Part shown: piece after piece, positions 14,952-24,642 of the stretch
Position numbering within the stretch: the stretch's first letter is position 1
How the letters are laid out: every line of letters begins with the position of its first letter
Virus record (IMG/VR): IMGVR_UViG_3300036987_000210
Span: 1-31,613 of that record
Source of the DNA: a virus
Taxonomy: Duplodnaviria; Caudoviricetes
Length of the DNA: 31,613 nt
Reading direction: 5' to 3' (one strand)
The notes under the pieces: generated by a model
The model's input: the letters and a program-made list of their open reading frames with translations, nothing else
Told to the model about the DNA's origin: nothing
The model's database searches: none
Program-made: the position numbers and the translations under genes

Positions 14952-16103
14952 ATGTCAGCTAATACCTTAACTGGGTTGATCCCTGAAATTCAGATCGCTG
15001 CCAACAAAGTGTTGCGCGAGCAGATCGGCTTTATCCCTGCCGTGTATATGAATGCGGCGGCTGAACAAGCAGCTAAGGATCAGGTCGTTCAGTACCCGAT
15101 CGTCCCTACCATTGCCCTCCAAGATGTTGCTCCCGCTGCAGTCCCGACTGAGCCGACTGGTCGTACCTTGACCTACGGCGAAATGACGATCAGCAAAGTC
15201 AAGAAGGCGCCCTTCCATTGGGGCGGCGAGGAGCAGTCTTCGATTTCCGGCATTTACGAAGACGTTAAAAAGCAAACCTTTGAGCAAGCCTTCCGCGCCC
15301 TCGTCAACGATATCGAAAACGATCTCTTTCTCGCTGCGAAGCAGAACGCATCCCGCGCCTATGGCACGGCTGGTACCACACCGTTTGCCACTGCCAATAA
15401 CCTGACCGACATTGCGCAGATCCGCAAGATCCTTACCCAGAACGGCGCATGGACGAGCGACATGCACTTTGTGCTCAGCACCGACACGGGCGCTCAGATT
15501 CGCGGTATTCAGTCTGGGCTTTTCAAGGTCAACGAAGCGGGCGATGCGAGTCTTTTGCGCGAAGGTCGTCTTGGCGATTTGCAGGGCTTCAAACTGCACG
15601 AATCTGGTCAGATCGTTTCGCACACCCCCGGCTCCGGCACCGGCTATTTGATCAACCTCACCGCTGGGTACGCTGCGGGATCGGAGTCATTTGTTTTGGA
15701 TACCGGCTCCGGCACCATCCTGGCAGGCGATATCCTGACCAACACCAAGACCGGGCGCGACACCAACAAGTACGTGGTGGATTCTGCGCTGGCCTCAAAT
15801 GCCGTCGGGTTGAGCAAACCTGGCAACAAGATCGCTTGGGTCAATAATGACCCGGTTGCAGTAGGTGCCGCCTACACCGGTAACTTCGCCTTCGAGCGCA
15901 ATGCTCTTCATCTGGTGTCACGCTTGCCGAAGCTCCCGAAAGAGGGCGCGCTCGGTGAACACGAAGTTATCACCGATCCGTACAGCGGGCTTTCGTTCAT
16001 GGTCTCCATGTATGCGGGCTACCACGAAGTGATCTTTGAAGTATCCCTTGCCTGGGGCGTCAAAGCCGTCAAGCAGGAAGCCATTGCCACGCTGCTCGGC
16101 TAA
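14952..16103 (+). CDS. Major capsid protein, P22 coat-protein-like
   Basis: ANTLTGLIP...REQIGFIPAV; LLREGRLG; ends AWGVKAVKQEAIATLLG; strong SD. Confidence 0.85.
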   Translation: MSANTLTGLIPEIQIAANKVLREQIGFIPAVYMNAAAEQAAKDQVVQYPIVPTIALQDVAPAAVPTEPTGRTLTYGEMTISKVKKAPFHWGGEEQSSISGIYEDVKKQTFEQAFRALVNDIENDLFLAAKQNASRAYGTAGTTPFATANNLTDIAQIRKILTQNGAWTSDMHFVLSTDTGAQIRGIQSGLFKVNEAGDASLLREGRLGDLQGFKLHESGQIVSHTPGSGTGYLINLTAGYAAGSESFVLDTGSGTILAGDILTNTKTGRDTNKYVVDSALASNAVGLSKPGNKIAWVNNDPVAVGAAYTGNFAFERNALHLVSRLPKLPKEGALGEHEVITDPYSGLSFMVSMYAGYHEVIFEVSLAWGVKAVKQEAIATLLG

Positions 16104-16165
16104 GCCGTTGCTGTAGAAACACTGGAATCCCAGGCAGCCCTTACCTTCCCTGCCTGATGAAACCA

Positions 16166-16200
16166 ACTCCCTGCGGGCAAACTGGCTGCCTGCAGGGAGT
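16166..16200 (+). terminator. Stem-loop after capsid gene (no U-tract; mRNA stabiliser or partial terminator)
   Basis: ACTCCCTGCGGGCA-N7-TGCCTGCAGGGAGT. Confidence 0.55.
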
Positions 16201-16214
16201 ACCCGAAGGACCCT

Positions 16215-16721
16215 ATGACCAACATTTTGACTGCTGCACAGGCCGCAAACTTTATTCGTACCGAGACAACGGATGCTGTCATGGTTCAGTTGTTGCCGTT
16301 GGTGGATCAATATTTATTGTCTGCAACCGGTCATGATTGGGCAGCAGATAGCACAATCCATCCCTCTGCAATCACTGCTGCGGGCATGTTGATCACGCAC
16401 TGGTACGACAATCCAGGCGCGGTCGGGCAGGCACCTGCCACGGTTCGAGGGGCGCTGATGCAGTTGGAAGCGGAAGCGCTCAAGTATCGAAAATATCAAT
16501 TTAGTGGTGCTGGTAGTGCCGGTGGAATTTTCCTGGAAGGCGCACGCAAAGGCGATGAGGTAGTCAGGTTGATCGGAGTCTATGGTGTTTCGGGCGATCA
16601 ATCCTCTATGTTCGAAAGCGTGCTCACTACCGATTATCACATCCAACAAACCCAAGGTGGTCTTTCTGAAAATCTCTACGTGGTTGTGCTCAAGCACCCT
16701 GCTGATGATGTGAGCGCGTAA
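16215..16721 (+). CDS. Head-tail connector (gp6-like) with C-terminal extension
   Basis: YLLSATG, AAGMLITHWYDNP, LMQLE. Confidence 0.8.
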   Translation: MTNILTAAQAANFIRTETTDAVMVQLLPLVDQYLLSATGHDWAADSTIHPSAITAAGMLITHWYDNPGAVGQAPATVRGALMQLEAEALKYRKYQFSGAGSAGGIFLEGARKGDEVVRLIGVYGVSGDQSSMFESVLTTDYHIQQTQGGLSENLYVVVLKHPADDVSA

Positions 16722-17071
16722 TGGCTGATATCAATATTCAAGTAGGCGACATGCGTGATCGCGTGACATTCCAGTCACCGACCATCAGCAAAAGCGGTGG
16801 TGGTGGACAGGTGGAAGCCTACGCCAACGTGGCGACCAACCCAACGGTCTGGGCGCTTGTGGTCTATGACCACGGGCAGGAAGTCGTGGCCAATGATGCG
16901 GAGAAATCCACTCAAAGTGCAACCGTAACTGTTCGCTACCGCAGCGACGTGCTCACGACCTGGCAAGTGCTGATCGATGGCGTGGCGTGGAAGATCTTCT
17001 CAGTCGACCACGTGCGCGGAAAGAACCGCTGGACCGTGTTAAGAGTCGAGCGCGTGACTGGAACGGTCTAA
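16721..17071 (+). CDS. Head closure protein (SPP1 gp16-like)
   Basis: GDMRDRVTFQ, VWA, TVRYRSDV. Confidence 0.85.
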   Translation: MADINIQVGDMRDRVTFQSPTISKSGGGGQVEAYANVATNPTVWALVVYDHGQEVVANDAEKSTQSATVTVRYRSDVLTTWQVLIDGVAWKIFSVDHVRGKNRWTVLRVERVTGTV

Positions 17072-17466
17072 TGCGCGGCGAATTGACATTCAAAGGCTTG
17101 GCTGAGTGGATGGAACAGTTCGCTGAAGCTGGCGAGAACGTCGACGAGGCTGTCACAGAACTGCTCGGTGAGACACAACCATTCATCGAAGAGGAATTGG
17201 TCACACAACTGCGAAAGACTTCCGAAGAGTACACCGGCGAGACAGCATCTACCATCCAAATCAGTGGAGTCCAGCAGGAAGGCAATTACCTGTTTGTCGA
17301 AGCGACCGTGGGTGGCAGCGATGCGCCGCAGGCAACCTACAAGGAATACGGCACCACGCGTCAGGCAGCAGAGCCGTTTGTACGTCCTACCTTTCGAGGT
17401 CATAGGTTGAAGAACAAGCTCAAGGAAGGTATGAAGACCATCATGCAAAGGTTCGGTTTGAAATGA
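17071..17466 (+). CDS. HK97 gp10-like neck protein
   Basis: EYGTTRQAAEPFVRPTF; TAATG-coupled start at 17071. Confidence 0.85.
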   Translation: MRGELTFKGLAEWMEQFAEAGENVDEAVTELLGETQPFIEEELVTQLRKTSEEYTGETASTIQISGVQQEGNYLFVEATVGGSDAPQATYKEYGTTRQAAEPFVRPTFRGHRLKNKLKEGMKTIMQRFGLK

Positions 17467-17807
17467 CAACGATCTTTGAGCGCGTTGAAACCGCCCTGAG
17501 CACGATAAGCCCTGCTGTGAGTTATGCCCTGGCACCCTATAAAGGAACTCTGCCGAATGCGTTCATCGTGCATCAGTTGATCGGCTCGCCTGCAGAGCAG
17601 CACGCCGACAATGTCGAAACCGAACGCTCGTATACCGTGCAGATCACGCTCTGGGACAAGGCAGGCATCCCATCCACCACCAAGGTGGATACAGCCATGC
17701 TGGCAGCAGGATTTCAAAAAGGCGATATTCGCCAGTTGCCGCAGGACCCACAGACCCATCACTACGGACTGGCGATCGAATATGTTTATCTTGAAACAAA
17801 GGAGTAA
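17463..17807 (+). CDS. Tail completion/terminator protein
   Basis: HADN..TE..YTVQITLW, AMLAAGF; position before the major tail gene. Confidence 0.75.
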   Translation: MTTIFERVETALSTISPAVSYALAPYKGTLPNAFIVHQLIGSPAEQHADNVETERSYTVQITLWDKAGIPSTTKVDTAMLAAGFQKGDIRQLPQDPQTHHYGLAIEYVYLETKE

Positions 17808-17810
17808 GTC

Positions 17811-18740
17811 ATGACAAATCAAGCAGAAAAGAAAGTCGTTGTCGGTGTGGATAAAGCGTTAATCGCGCTGATCACTCAGGATGACGAAAATGGCTATGTG
17901 GCAGGTGTGCCGCAATCACTCGCACCCGCTATGGAATTAAAGGCGATCCCATCGACCGCGAGCGAAACACTCTATGCAGACAATGCACCTGAAGACAACG
18001 TGTCTGCTGAAGGCGAAACGGAGATTGAGTTGATCTCCCCCAACTTCGCAGAGTCCACCGTTGCGATGCTTAAAGGTGCAACGTACGATACTGCGACCGG
18101 GCGCGTTTATGACAATGCTGATCCCTCGCGTGCTCCATATTTTGCACTTGGCTATCGCTTCAAAAAATCAAATGGGAAATACCGCTACCGCTGGTATCTC
18201 AAGTGCCGCATCGAGCCGCCATCTGAAGAAGCCCAATCGCAAGGCGATGCAGTCAATTTCAAGCCTCAGACGCTCAAGATCCGCGCACTCAAAACCAAAT
18301 ACCAGTTTGACCTCGAGGGAGATGGCTCCCTGATGGATGGTGTCAAACGCGTTCATGGTGATGAGGATGCGGATAACTTCAATGCAAGCGGTTGGTTCGA
18401 TGCCGTGCAGGTCCCTGTGGCTGGAACACCTGCGGCATTCACACTCTCTGCGAGCCCGGTGGATGGAGCTACAGGGGTATTGGTTGGCGCGAATATCGTG
18501 CTCACCTTCAGCAATGCCCTGGCTGGTGGTCGTGAGGCAGGCATTGTCCTGGTCGATGCGGATTCGCAAGCGCCCGTGGCAGTTGCTCGCACGATCAACT
18601 CTGCACGCAAGGTTGTCACGCTCAACCCGTCCTCCGATCTCTCCACCGCTACCGATTACCTTGTCGTCGTCCATGATGTTGTGGATATCCACGGCCAGGC
18701 GTTGGCAAGCACGGTGATCAACTTCACCACAGAGTCCTAA
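17811..18740 (+). CDS. Major tail protein (phi13-like) with C-terminal Ig-like domain
   Basis: LYADN, PYFALGYRFKKSNGKYRYRWYLK; SPVDGATGV...IVLTFS...TLNP Ig-like tail. Confidence 0.9.
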   Translation: MTNQAEKKVVVGVDKALIALITQDDENGYVAGVPQSLAPAMELKAIPSTASETLYADNAPEDNVSAEGETEIELISPNFAESTVAMLKGATYDTATGRVYDNADPSRAPYFALGYRFKKSNGKYRYRWYLKCRIEPPSEEAQSQGDAVNFKPQTLKIRALKTKYQFDLEGDGSLMDGVKRVHGDEDADNFNASGWFDAVQVPVAGTPAAFTLSASPVDGATGVLVGANIVLTFSNALAGGREAGIVLVDADSQAPVAVARTINSARKVVTLNPSSDLSTATDYLVVVHDVVDIHGQALASTVINFTTES

Positions 18741-18747
18741 TCTAATG

Positions 18748-18773
18748 GCGGGAGCTGCGCATGCGGCTCCCGC
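18748..18773 (+). terminator. Stem-loop after major tail gene
   Basis: GCGGGAGCTGC-GCAT-GCGGCTCCCGC. Confidence 0.5.
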
Positions 18774-18790
18774 TACAACAGGAAGGAACC

Positions 18791-19165
18791 ATGAGTCTCA
18801 CACCATACACTCTAAGCCTCTACAAAAAAAATGAATTGGTGCGCGAGCTGCGTCAGTCCATCCTGCCCTGGGGCATCCTTGAACTTGCAGTTGATATGCA
18901 AGAGGAGTTCGAAGCAATCGAACTGGATGCTGATGGCAAGGTAACCAACGTCAGCCGCGAGCAGATCCAAAAACTCACAGATTTTGTTGTGTACATCTTC
19001 GATGATGACGTTACCGTCGAGGAACTCAACCGTGGTGCCAGCATCGAGGATATGTTCGCGTTATATCAACAGATATTTACAAGTGTGTCCAAGATCATGG
19101 CAAAAAACCCTACGATCGGGCAGGCGGTGAATCGCAGGAAGAACGCGAAGACGTCAGCCCCATAA
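18791..19165 (+). CDS. Tail assembly chaperone (gpG-like)
   Basis: Between major tail and tape measure; ATG 18791 after GGAAGGA; slippery A AAA AAC near the end. Confidence 0.8.
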   Translation: MSLTPYTLSLYKKNELVRELRQSILPWGILELAVDMQEEFEAIELDADGKVTNVSREQIQKLTDFVVYIFDDDVTVEELNRGASIEDMFALYQQIFTSVSKIMAKNPTIGQAVNRRKNAKTSAP

Positions 19166-19347
19166 ATAACTGGGCACGCAGGATCAAGTACCTGGTGTTG
19201 GACACTGGGAAACTTGGCTCTTTGCGTGAAATCGAATTAACTGATTTTCGGAGCGTGCTGTACTTTTTGATGGAATATCCAAACTGGAAAAAAGCACAGG
19301 GCGAAACGAAACAATATGTACCAGGTGACCACACCGATTTTGCATAA
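19102..19347 (+). CDS. -1 frameshift extension of tail chaperone (gpGT-like)
   Basis: -1 frame open from AAAAAAC (19102-19108) to TAA 19345-19347: KPYDRAGGESQEERE...GSLREIELTDF...GDHTDFA. Confidence 0.8.
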   Translation, partial: KKPYDRAGGESQEEREDVSPINNWARRIKYLVLDTGKLGSLREIELTDFRSVLYFLMEYPNWKKAQGETKQYVPGDHTDFA

Positions 19348-19350
19348 ACT

Positions 19351-21618
19351 ATGGGCGAAGCTGCTGAAAAACTCTCTGGCAAGTTAGGGATCGACACCAC
19401 CGATTTCAAGACAGGCATCCGTGAAGCGGATCGTGAAATGCGCCGTCTTGAAAGCGGTTTTAAGGCGTCAGCTTCCTCTCTTGGGGATTGGACGAAGTCC
19501 GCCTCGGGTCTGGAACTGCGCGTTAAGTCCCTGACAGAAAAGCTTGATGTGCAGAGGTTGAAGGTGGCTGCCCTGCGTGAAAACTTTGAGAGGATCAAGC
19601 AGGAGCAGGGTGAGAATAGCAAGGCTGCTAAGGAAGCAGAGATTGCACTCAACAAACAGGTGGAGACTCTTGGCAAGATGGAGAATGAACTCCAACAGTC
19701 AGAGCAGGCACTGAATGAGTTGAGCACTGCCGAGGAGAGTGCAGGGGAAAACGCTGAAGAAGCGACTGGCAAAGTAGATAGATTCGGAAATGTGGTCTCT
19801 GGCATTGGAACAGTGATCAAAGGCACCATCACTGTGGTTGCTGGTTTGGCCTTGGCGGTGGCCGGTGTCACTACAGCGATCGGTGGCATGGTGTTGTCTT
19901 CTGCTGCCGCTGCAGACGAACTGGATGATCTCTCCAAAAAGACCAGCATCAGCACAGAGCGTCTGCAGGAACTTGACTATGCGGGTGCGCAGATAGGCAC
20001 CACGCAAGACACCATCGTTGGCGCAATGTCCAAGATGATCCGCGCAGTATCCAGCGCAGGTGATCAATTCGAGGACTATAACCGCAAGCAGGCGGAGGCA
20101 AGTGCAAAGGGGCAGGAGTTCAATGGGGAACTTGGCGCTCAAGCTGAGGCATTCCAAAGTCTCGGTGTCAATATCTATGATGCCAGCGGTAGGCTGAGAG
20201 ACAGCGAGGAGATCTTCGCGGATGCGCTCGATGCACTCGGTCAGATATCCAATGCAACTGAGCGTGATGCCATTGCCATGCAGATATTTGGCAAATCGGC
20301 TCAGGAACTCAATCCGCTGATCATAGCCGGAGCAGACGAACTTGCACGTCTCTCTGCTGAAGCTCACGAAATGGGCGCGGTTGTCAGTGGCGAGAATGTC
20401 AGTGCGTTGGCTGAATTGAACGATCAACTAACTGGTCTGAAGATGGGGCTGCAAGGCACAGTCTCTACACTGGCGGCTGCTTTTGTGCCAGGTGTTTCTG
20501 CCTTATTTACCCAAGCTGGCGGATACGTCAAAGAGTTTGCCTCCATCGTCAGTGGTGCAGATGGTGACTTCGGCAAGATCGCTACAGGCCTTGGAGGGCT
20601 TGTCACCACGATCATCACCGACATTTCTGCCCAGGCTCCCCAGCTGATGCAGACGGGGCTTACTATCCTCATGTCCATTGTGGATGCGATACTGACCAAT
20701 CTACCGATGATGATATCCACGGGCGTGGAGTTGCTGCTCACGCTGATCAATGGGTTGGTGGAAGCATTGCCAGCTTTGGTGGATGCTGCGCTGCAGGCAA
20801 TCATCACACTTGCAAATGGTCTGACACAGGCACTGCCAACCCTGATTCCAACTATTGTGGGCGTCATCCTGCAGATCGTGATGACGTTGCTGGAAAACCT
20901 GCCGATGATCATCGATGCTGCTTTGCAGCTGATCCTTGCCCTTGCGAGCGGCTTGATCGCCGCTCTGCCTGTATTACTGCCGATGATCCCCAAGATTGTT
21001 GAAGCAATCTTCAACGCACTTGTACAGGCTTATCCAATGTTGCTGATCGCTGCTATGGAACTGATCAAGATGCTGGTCTTTGGCATTCGTGATAATTTCC
21101 CCGTTCTTTTTGATGCAGTCGTGCAACTCATCAAAGTATTGTTTAACTGGATGATCAGCGATATGCCTAAGATGTTCCAAACAGCTGGGAAGGCGCTGAT
21201 CACTGGCATCTGGCAGGGCATCAAGGAGAACATGCAGTGGCTGAAGGATAATTTTGTAAGTTCAATTATGAGCATGGTTGATTCCGTCAAAAATGCGCTA
21301 GGGATCCATTCTCCCGCTGACTATCTCGCTGATGAAGTGGGTGAGCACATGCCAACAGGCATTGGGAAGGGCTTTGACAAATCCATGCCTAAGGTCCGCC
21401 AGCACCTGGTGCGCTCGATGCTAGGACTGGCAGACGATGTCAGCACGGCTGCTGCTCCACAGATAGGAGTGGCCGGTGCAGGCGGAGTCGGAGGTGGTTC
21501 AGTCGTCAGCATCGGTGACATCATCATCAACATCCCAGGCACGAATGCCACACCGCAGCAGATCGCGGTCGCCGCGCAGGATGGCGTGCTCAAAGCCCTG
21601 AGGGCGAAAGGCAGCTAA
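19351..21618 (+). CDS. Tape measure protein
   Basis: 755 aa, Ala-rich helical; AMQIFGKSAQELNPLI; amphipathic repeats; LGIHSP. Confidence 0.93.
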   Translation: MGEAAEKLSGKLGIDTTDFKTGIREADREMRRLESGFKASASSLGDWTKSASGLELRVKSLTEKLDVQRLKVAALRENFERIKQEQGENSKAAKEAEIALNKQVETLGKMENELQQSEQALNELSTAEESAGENAEEATGKVDRFGNVVSGIGTVIKGTITVVAGLALAVAGVTTAIGGMVLSSAAAADELDDLSKKTSISTERLQELDYAGAQIGTTQDTIVGAMSKMIRAVSSAGDQFEDYNRKQAEASAKGQEFNGELGAQAEAFQSLGVNIYDASGRLRDSEEIFADALDALGQISNATERDAIAMQIFGKSAQELNPLIIAGADELARLSAEAHEMGAVVSGENVSALAELNDQLTGLKMGLQGTVSTLAAAFVPGVSALFTQAGGYVKEFASIVSGADGDFGKIATGLGGLVTTIITDISAQAPQLMQTGLTILMSIVDAILTNLPMMISTGVELLLTLINGLVEALPALVDAALQAIITLANGLTQALPTLIPTIVGVILQIVMTLLENLPMIIDAALQLILALASGLIAALPVLLPMIPKIVEAIFNALVQAYPMLLIAAMELIKMLVFGIRDNFPVLFDAVVQLIKVLFNWMISDMPKMFQTAGKALITGIWQGIKENMQWLKDNFVSSIMSMVDSVKNALGIHSPADYLADEVGEHMPTGIGKGFDKSMPKVRQHLVRSMLGLADDVSTAAAPQIGVAGAGGVGGGSVVSIGDIIINIPGTNATPQQIAVAAQDGVLKALRAKGS

Positions 21619-21621
21619 GCC

Positions 21622-22476
21622 ATGTATAGATTGACCCGCTTTCGAGATATCGAGCTCGTACACAATAACCAGGTGGATAACGTTGGTTCTGGCACTACAC
21701 CGATTGCATATCACGCCTTGCCTGAAGGCGGAGCGCTTGATCAATTTGGCGGCCAACAAAAAAACCCTGGCGTGGTCGAACGGGTGAAGTCCATCCGCCT
21801 GCGCGGCTCTACCGAAGCCGACCTGGAAACGTTGTACTTCCAACTGCTGGCATTGCGTGGCAAGCGCGACCGTCTCTACCGCGTGACTGCTACTGGGGAT
21901 ATCCATTGGATCTATGCCCGCCTGGTGGAGGTAAGTGCTGAGCGACACTATGAGCAGACCAAGTACCGATTCATTCAGGATTTAAGTTTGCGCTTCGTCA
22001 CGCAAGAAACATTCTGGCGTGGTGATTTTGGCGGGGTGTGGTATTTCGATGATGGAGAGAGTTTCGATAGCGGGCTCGCGTTTGATAGTGGGCAAACCTA
22101 TGACCTGGTCAGTTCCCCTGAAACAATCACCATCTCGGTGGACACAGATGCTGGCCGGGCTGCCATCCGCGCTGTGACCTTGCGTGTCACTGCAGGATCG
22201 TCTGCCATTACCTCGATCAGCATCGTCCGCACTGGAGGAGAGACTCTCACGTTTGGTGGCACGATCGCTGCGGGTGATGAGTTGGTCATCGATACAGGCA
22301 CAATGCAGGTCACCAATAATGGGGTCGATGCATACGACGACCTCACGTTGTCGTCCACTGCCGATCTTGCCTCATGGTTTGCGCTCGAGCTTGGTGCGAA
22401 TGAGCTAACCGTCACGTTTAGTGGCGGCGGAACAGGATCCACAATCGACTTTCGCTACTACGAGGCCTGGTACTAA
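21622..22476 (+). CDS. Distal tail (Dit-like) protein
   Basis: Follows tape measure; GDELVIDT...WFALELGANEL...YYEAWY. Confidence 0.8.
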   Translation: MYRLTRFRDIELVHNNQVDNVGSGTTPIAYHALPEGGALDQFGGQQKNPGVVERVKSIRLRGSTEADLETLYFQLLALRGKRDRLYRVTATGDIHWIYARLVEVSAERHYEQTKYRFIQDLSLRFVTQETFWRGDFGGVWYFDDGESFDSGLAFDSGQTYDLVSSPETITISVDTDAGRAAIRAVTLRVTAGSSAITSISIVRTGGETLTFGGTIAAGDELVIDTGTMQVTNNGVDAYDDLTLSSTADLASWFALELGANELTVTFSGGGTGSTIDFRYYEAWY

Positions 22477-24437
22477 TGGAGATTAAAAACTTTTGGGTTG
22501 ACATCGAAGACAGCTCAGGCAACCGCATTGGGCGTGGACCCTTGCGGGCGTCGCAGTTCCGTCACACGTCGCGTCTCTCAGCGTGTGGTGAGTTTTCGTT
22601 TGTCCTCTCTTCTGCAGATCCCAACCTCGCCGCGTTGGCCGAAAAACGGATTGCCGTGTGCAAATACATCGACCGGGACGGCGCTCTGCAAACGTTCGGA
22701 GGCGGCGTCATTGACAAGATTGTGCATGCGATCCAGGCAGATGGAACCCTGACCATTACTGTGTCGGGCAACGACCTGGGCCGCGAGCTCGCGTACCGAT
22801 CAGTAGGTGCTCTCGATCTCTCCGGTGTGGGCGGTGCAGGCGTGACCAACGGACCCACGCAGGTGGTGGCGCTCGCTCCGGCCGGGTGGTCTATCACGGA
22901 CGGCACGACACTGGCCAGTGTCTACGCGGGGTACGATGGCGAGTCGGTGCTCAGTGCGCTGATTGGCATTGGTGAACACATCGGTGAGCATTGGCGATTG
23001 GGAGCTGGACGTGTCGTGGAATGGCTTGGACCCGCCTCGACCTTTGCCGCGTCCGGAGTCCGTGCTGTCCAGCATGTCAACGACCCTGTTGCTGCAGAAA
23101 CGGTTGACGACATCGCGCTGATTTCCTCCCTCGAGGAAGAGAGCGACGCTGCCGATTTGCTCTCGCGCATCATTCCGCGTGGCGCTGGCAATGGTGGGGT
23201 GGTGCTGACCTTAGCAGCAGCCACGGACAGCGCTCCTTCAGGCTACACCCTGAGCACGGCGAGCAACTATGTCAAACGGGATGCCAGTGAGATAACCTAT
23301 GGTCGGATCGAGAAGGTGATCGACCTCAAAAATATTGGACCCATCTCGAACACGACTGCAGACATTCAAGCCGCAGCCAATATGCTGCTGAAGGCGTCCG
23401 TGGAATATCTGCGTCGTTATGGCACGCCGCAAAAGTTTTACCGTGTGGGGCTTGCCAAAGTCGGACAGATCCTCGAGCCTGGCACGACCCTGCGGGTGGT
23501 GTATCGATCGCTTGTCGATGGCACAGTCGTTTATGACCTGGACGGAACCTATAACATCGTCCAGGCGGAGCGGGAGATTACAGCGGAGGGCATTTCGACC
23601 ACGTCGGTGGTGATATCGACTATTGACCGCATGCCGATGACAGACAGCGACTATCTCGCGCAGCAGGCTATAAACGCCAAGGTGCTGTCCGCTCATCAGC
23701 AACTGGGTGCCAGTGTGGACACGTTCACCTATCGCGACGAGCTGGACAACCTCAAGGGTGCTTCCTTCCGCTTTTGGTTGGGGGATGAGTACACGTCCAT
23801 TCAGCGGGCAGTGTTGCGTTTTCGCATTCAACCGCTTCGAAGCACAGTTAAGTCGGTGGCAGGATCATCCACCACCACTTCCAGCGGCGGAGGATCCACC
23901 AGCGGTAGCGGCGGGGCGTCGACACCAACATCAGGCACAGAAAATACAAATCATTCGCATGGTATCAGCGTCAATGCGGGTACGATTTTATATGATCTTG
24001 GGATTAGTTCGCTTGGTGCGCTTGTGGCTACTGGTGGCTTCAGCGGCACGCTTGGAGCAGCAGTGCAAAACAACTCGACTAACCACACACATAATGTGTC
24101 TGTGCCAAATCATACCCACTCCACTCCAGATCACAGTCATTCGTTGACACCGAACATCTCCATGCAATACGGAATCTATGAGGAGAGCGGCGCCAATACA
24201 CTGGCATTGGCCAATCTCGTGATCAAACTGAATGGTGGCGCAGACCTGAATGCTGCGGTGATCAGCATCAGCGGTGGTTGGTACGAGTTGGATATTACCG
24301 ACGAGCTGGTGGATGCGGTCTTCAGACCAAACCAGGAAAACAATGAGATCGCGATAACAACCGCGGTTGCCAAGACAGCACGTATCGAAGCGCAGATCAC
24401 GGTCCGTGGTGTGGTGCAAGCTGTAGCGTATTCGTAA
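22476..24437 (+). CDS. Tail tip/baseplate hub protein with His-x-His fibre segment
   Basis: Follows Dit; SRIIPRG; HSH/HTH repeats. Confidence 0.75.
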   Translation: MEIKNFWVDIEDSSGNRIGRGPLRASQFRHTSRLSACGEFSFVLSSADPNLAALAEKRIAVCKYIDRDGALQTFGGGVIDKIVHAIQADGTLTITVSGNDLGRELAYRSVGALDLSGVGGAGVTNGPTQVVALAPAGWSITDGTTLASVYAGYDGESVLSALIGIGEHIGEHWRLGAGRVVEWLGPASTFAASGVRAVQHVNDPVAAETVDDIALISSLEEESDAADLLSRIIPRGAGNGGVVLTLAAATDSAPSGYTLSTASNYVKRDASEITYGRIEKVIDLKNIGPISNTTADIQAAANMLLKASVEYLRRYGTPQKFYRVGLAKVGQILEPGTTLRVVYRSLVDGTVVYDLDGTYNIVQAEREITAEGISTTSVVISTIDRMPMTDSDYLAQQAINAKVLSAHQQLGASVDTFTYRDELDNLKGASFRFWLGDEYTSIQRAVLRFRIQPLRSTVKSVAGSSTTTSSGGGSTSGSGGASTPTSGTENTNHSHGISVNAGTILYDLGISSLGALVATGGFSGTLGAAVQNNSTNHTHNVSVPNHTHSTPDHSHSLTPNISMQYGIYEESGANTLALANLVIKLNGGADLNAAVISISGGWYELDITDELVDAVFRPNQENNEIAITTAVAKTARIEAQITVRGVVQAVAYS

Positions 24438-24448
24438 AAGGAGCTCGG

Positions 24449-24640
24449 ATGAAAAATAAAATTTTGTTGCTTATTGTGCTCGTAACTTTGGCGCTTGCTT
24501 TTATCGCATGCACGTCATCGGAGGATTGCGAGCGGATCGACGTACGTGTGGGCATCGAGGTATACGCCGAGTCTGGCCACGCGACCAACTACATTGCCGA
24601 CCTGCAGCCCGGTGACGTGCTGTATGTTTGTGGAGACTAA
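24449..24640 (+). CDS. Small predicted lipoprotein in the tail module
   Basis: SD AGGAG; MKNK + hydrophobic core + lipobox-like AFIAC. Confidence 0.7.
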   Translation: MKNKILLLIVLVTLALAFIACTSSEDCERIDVRVGIEVYAESGHATNYIADLQPGDVLYVCGD

Positions 24641-24642
24641 CC

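Noticed and set aside
20600-21250. Hydrophobic periodic repeats suggesting a membrane transporter
   Set aside because: Ordinary amphipathic repeats of a tape measure protein
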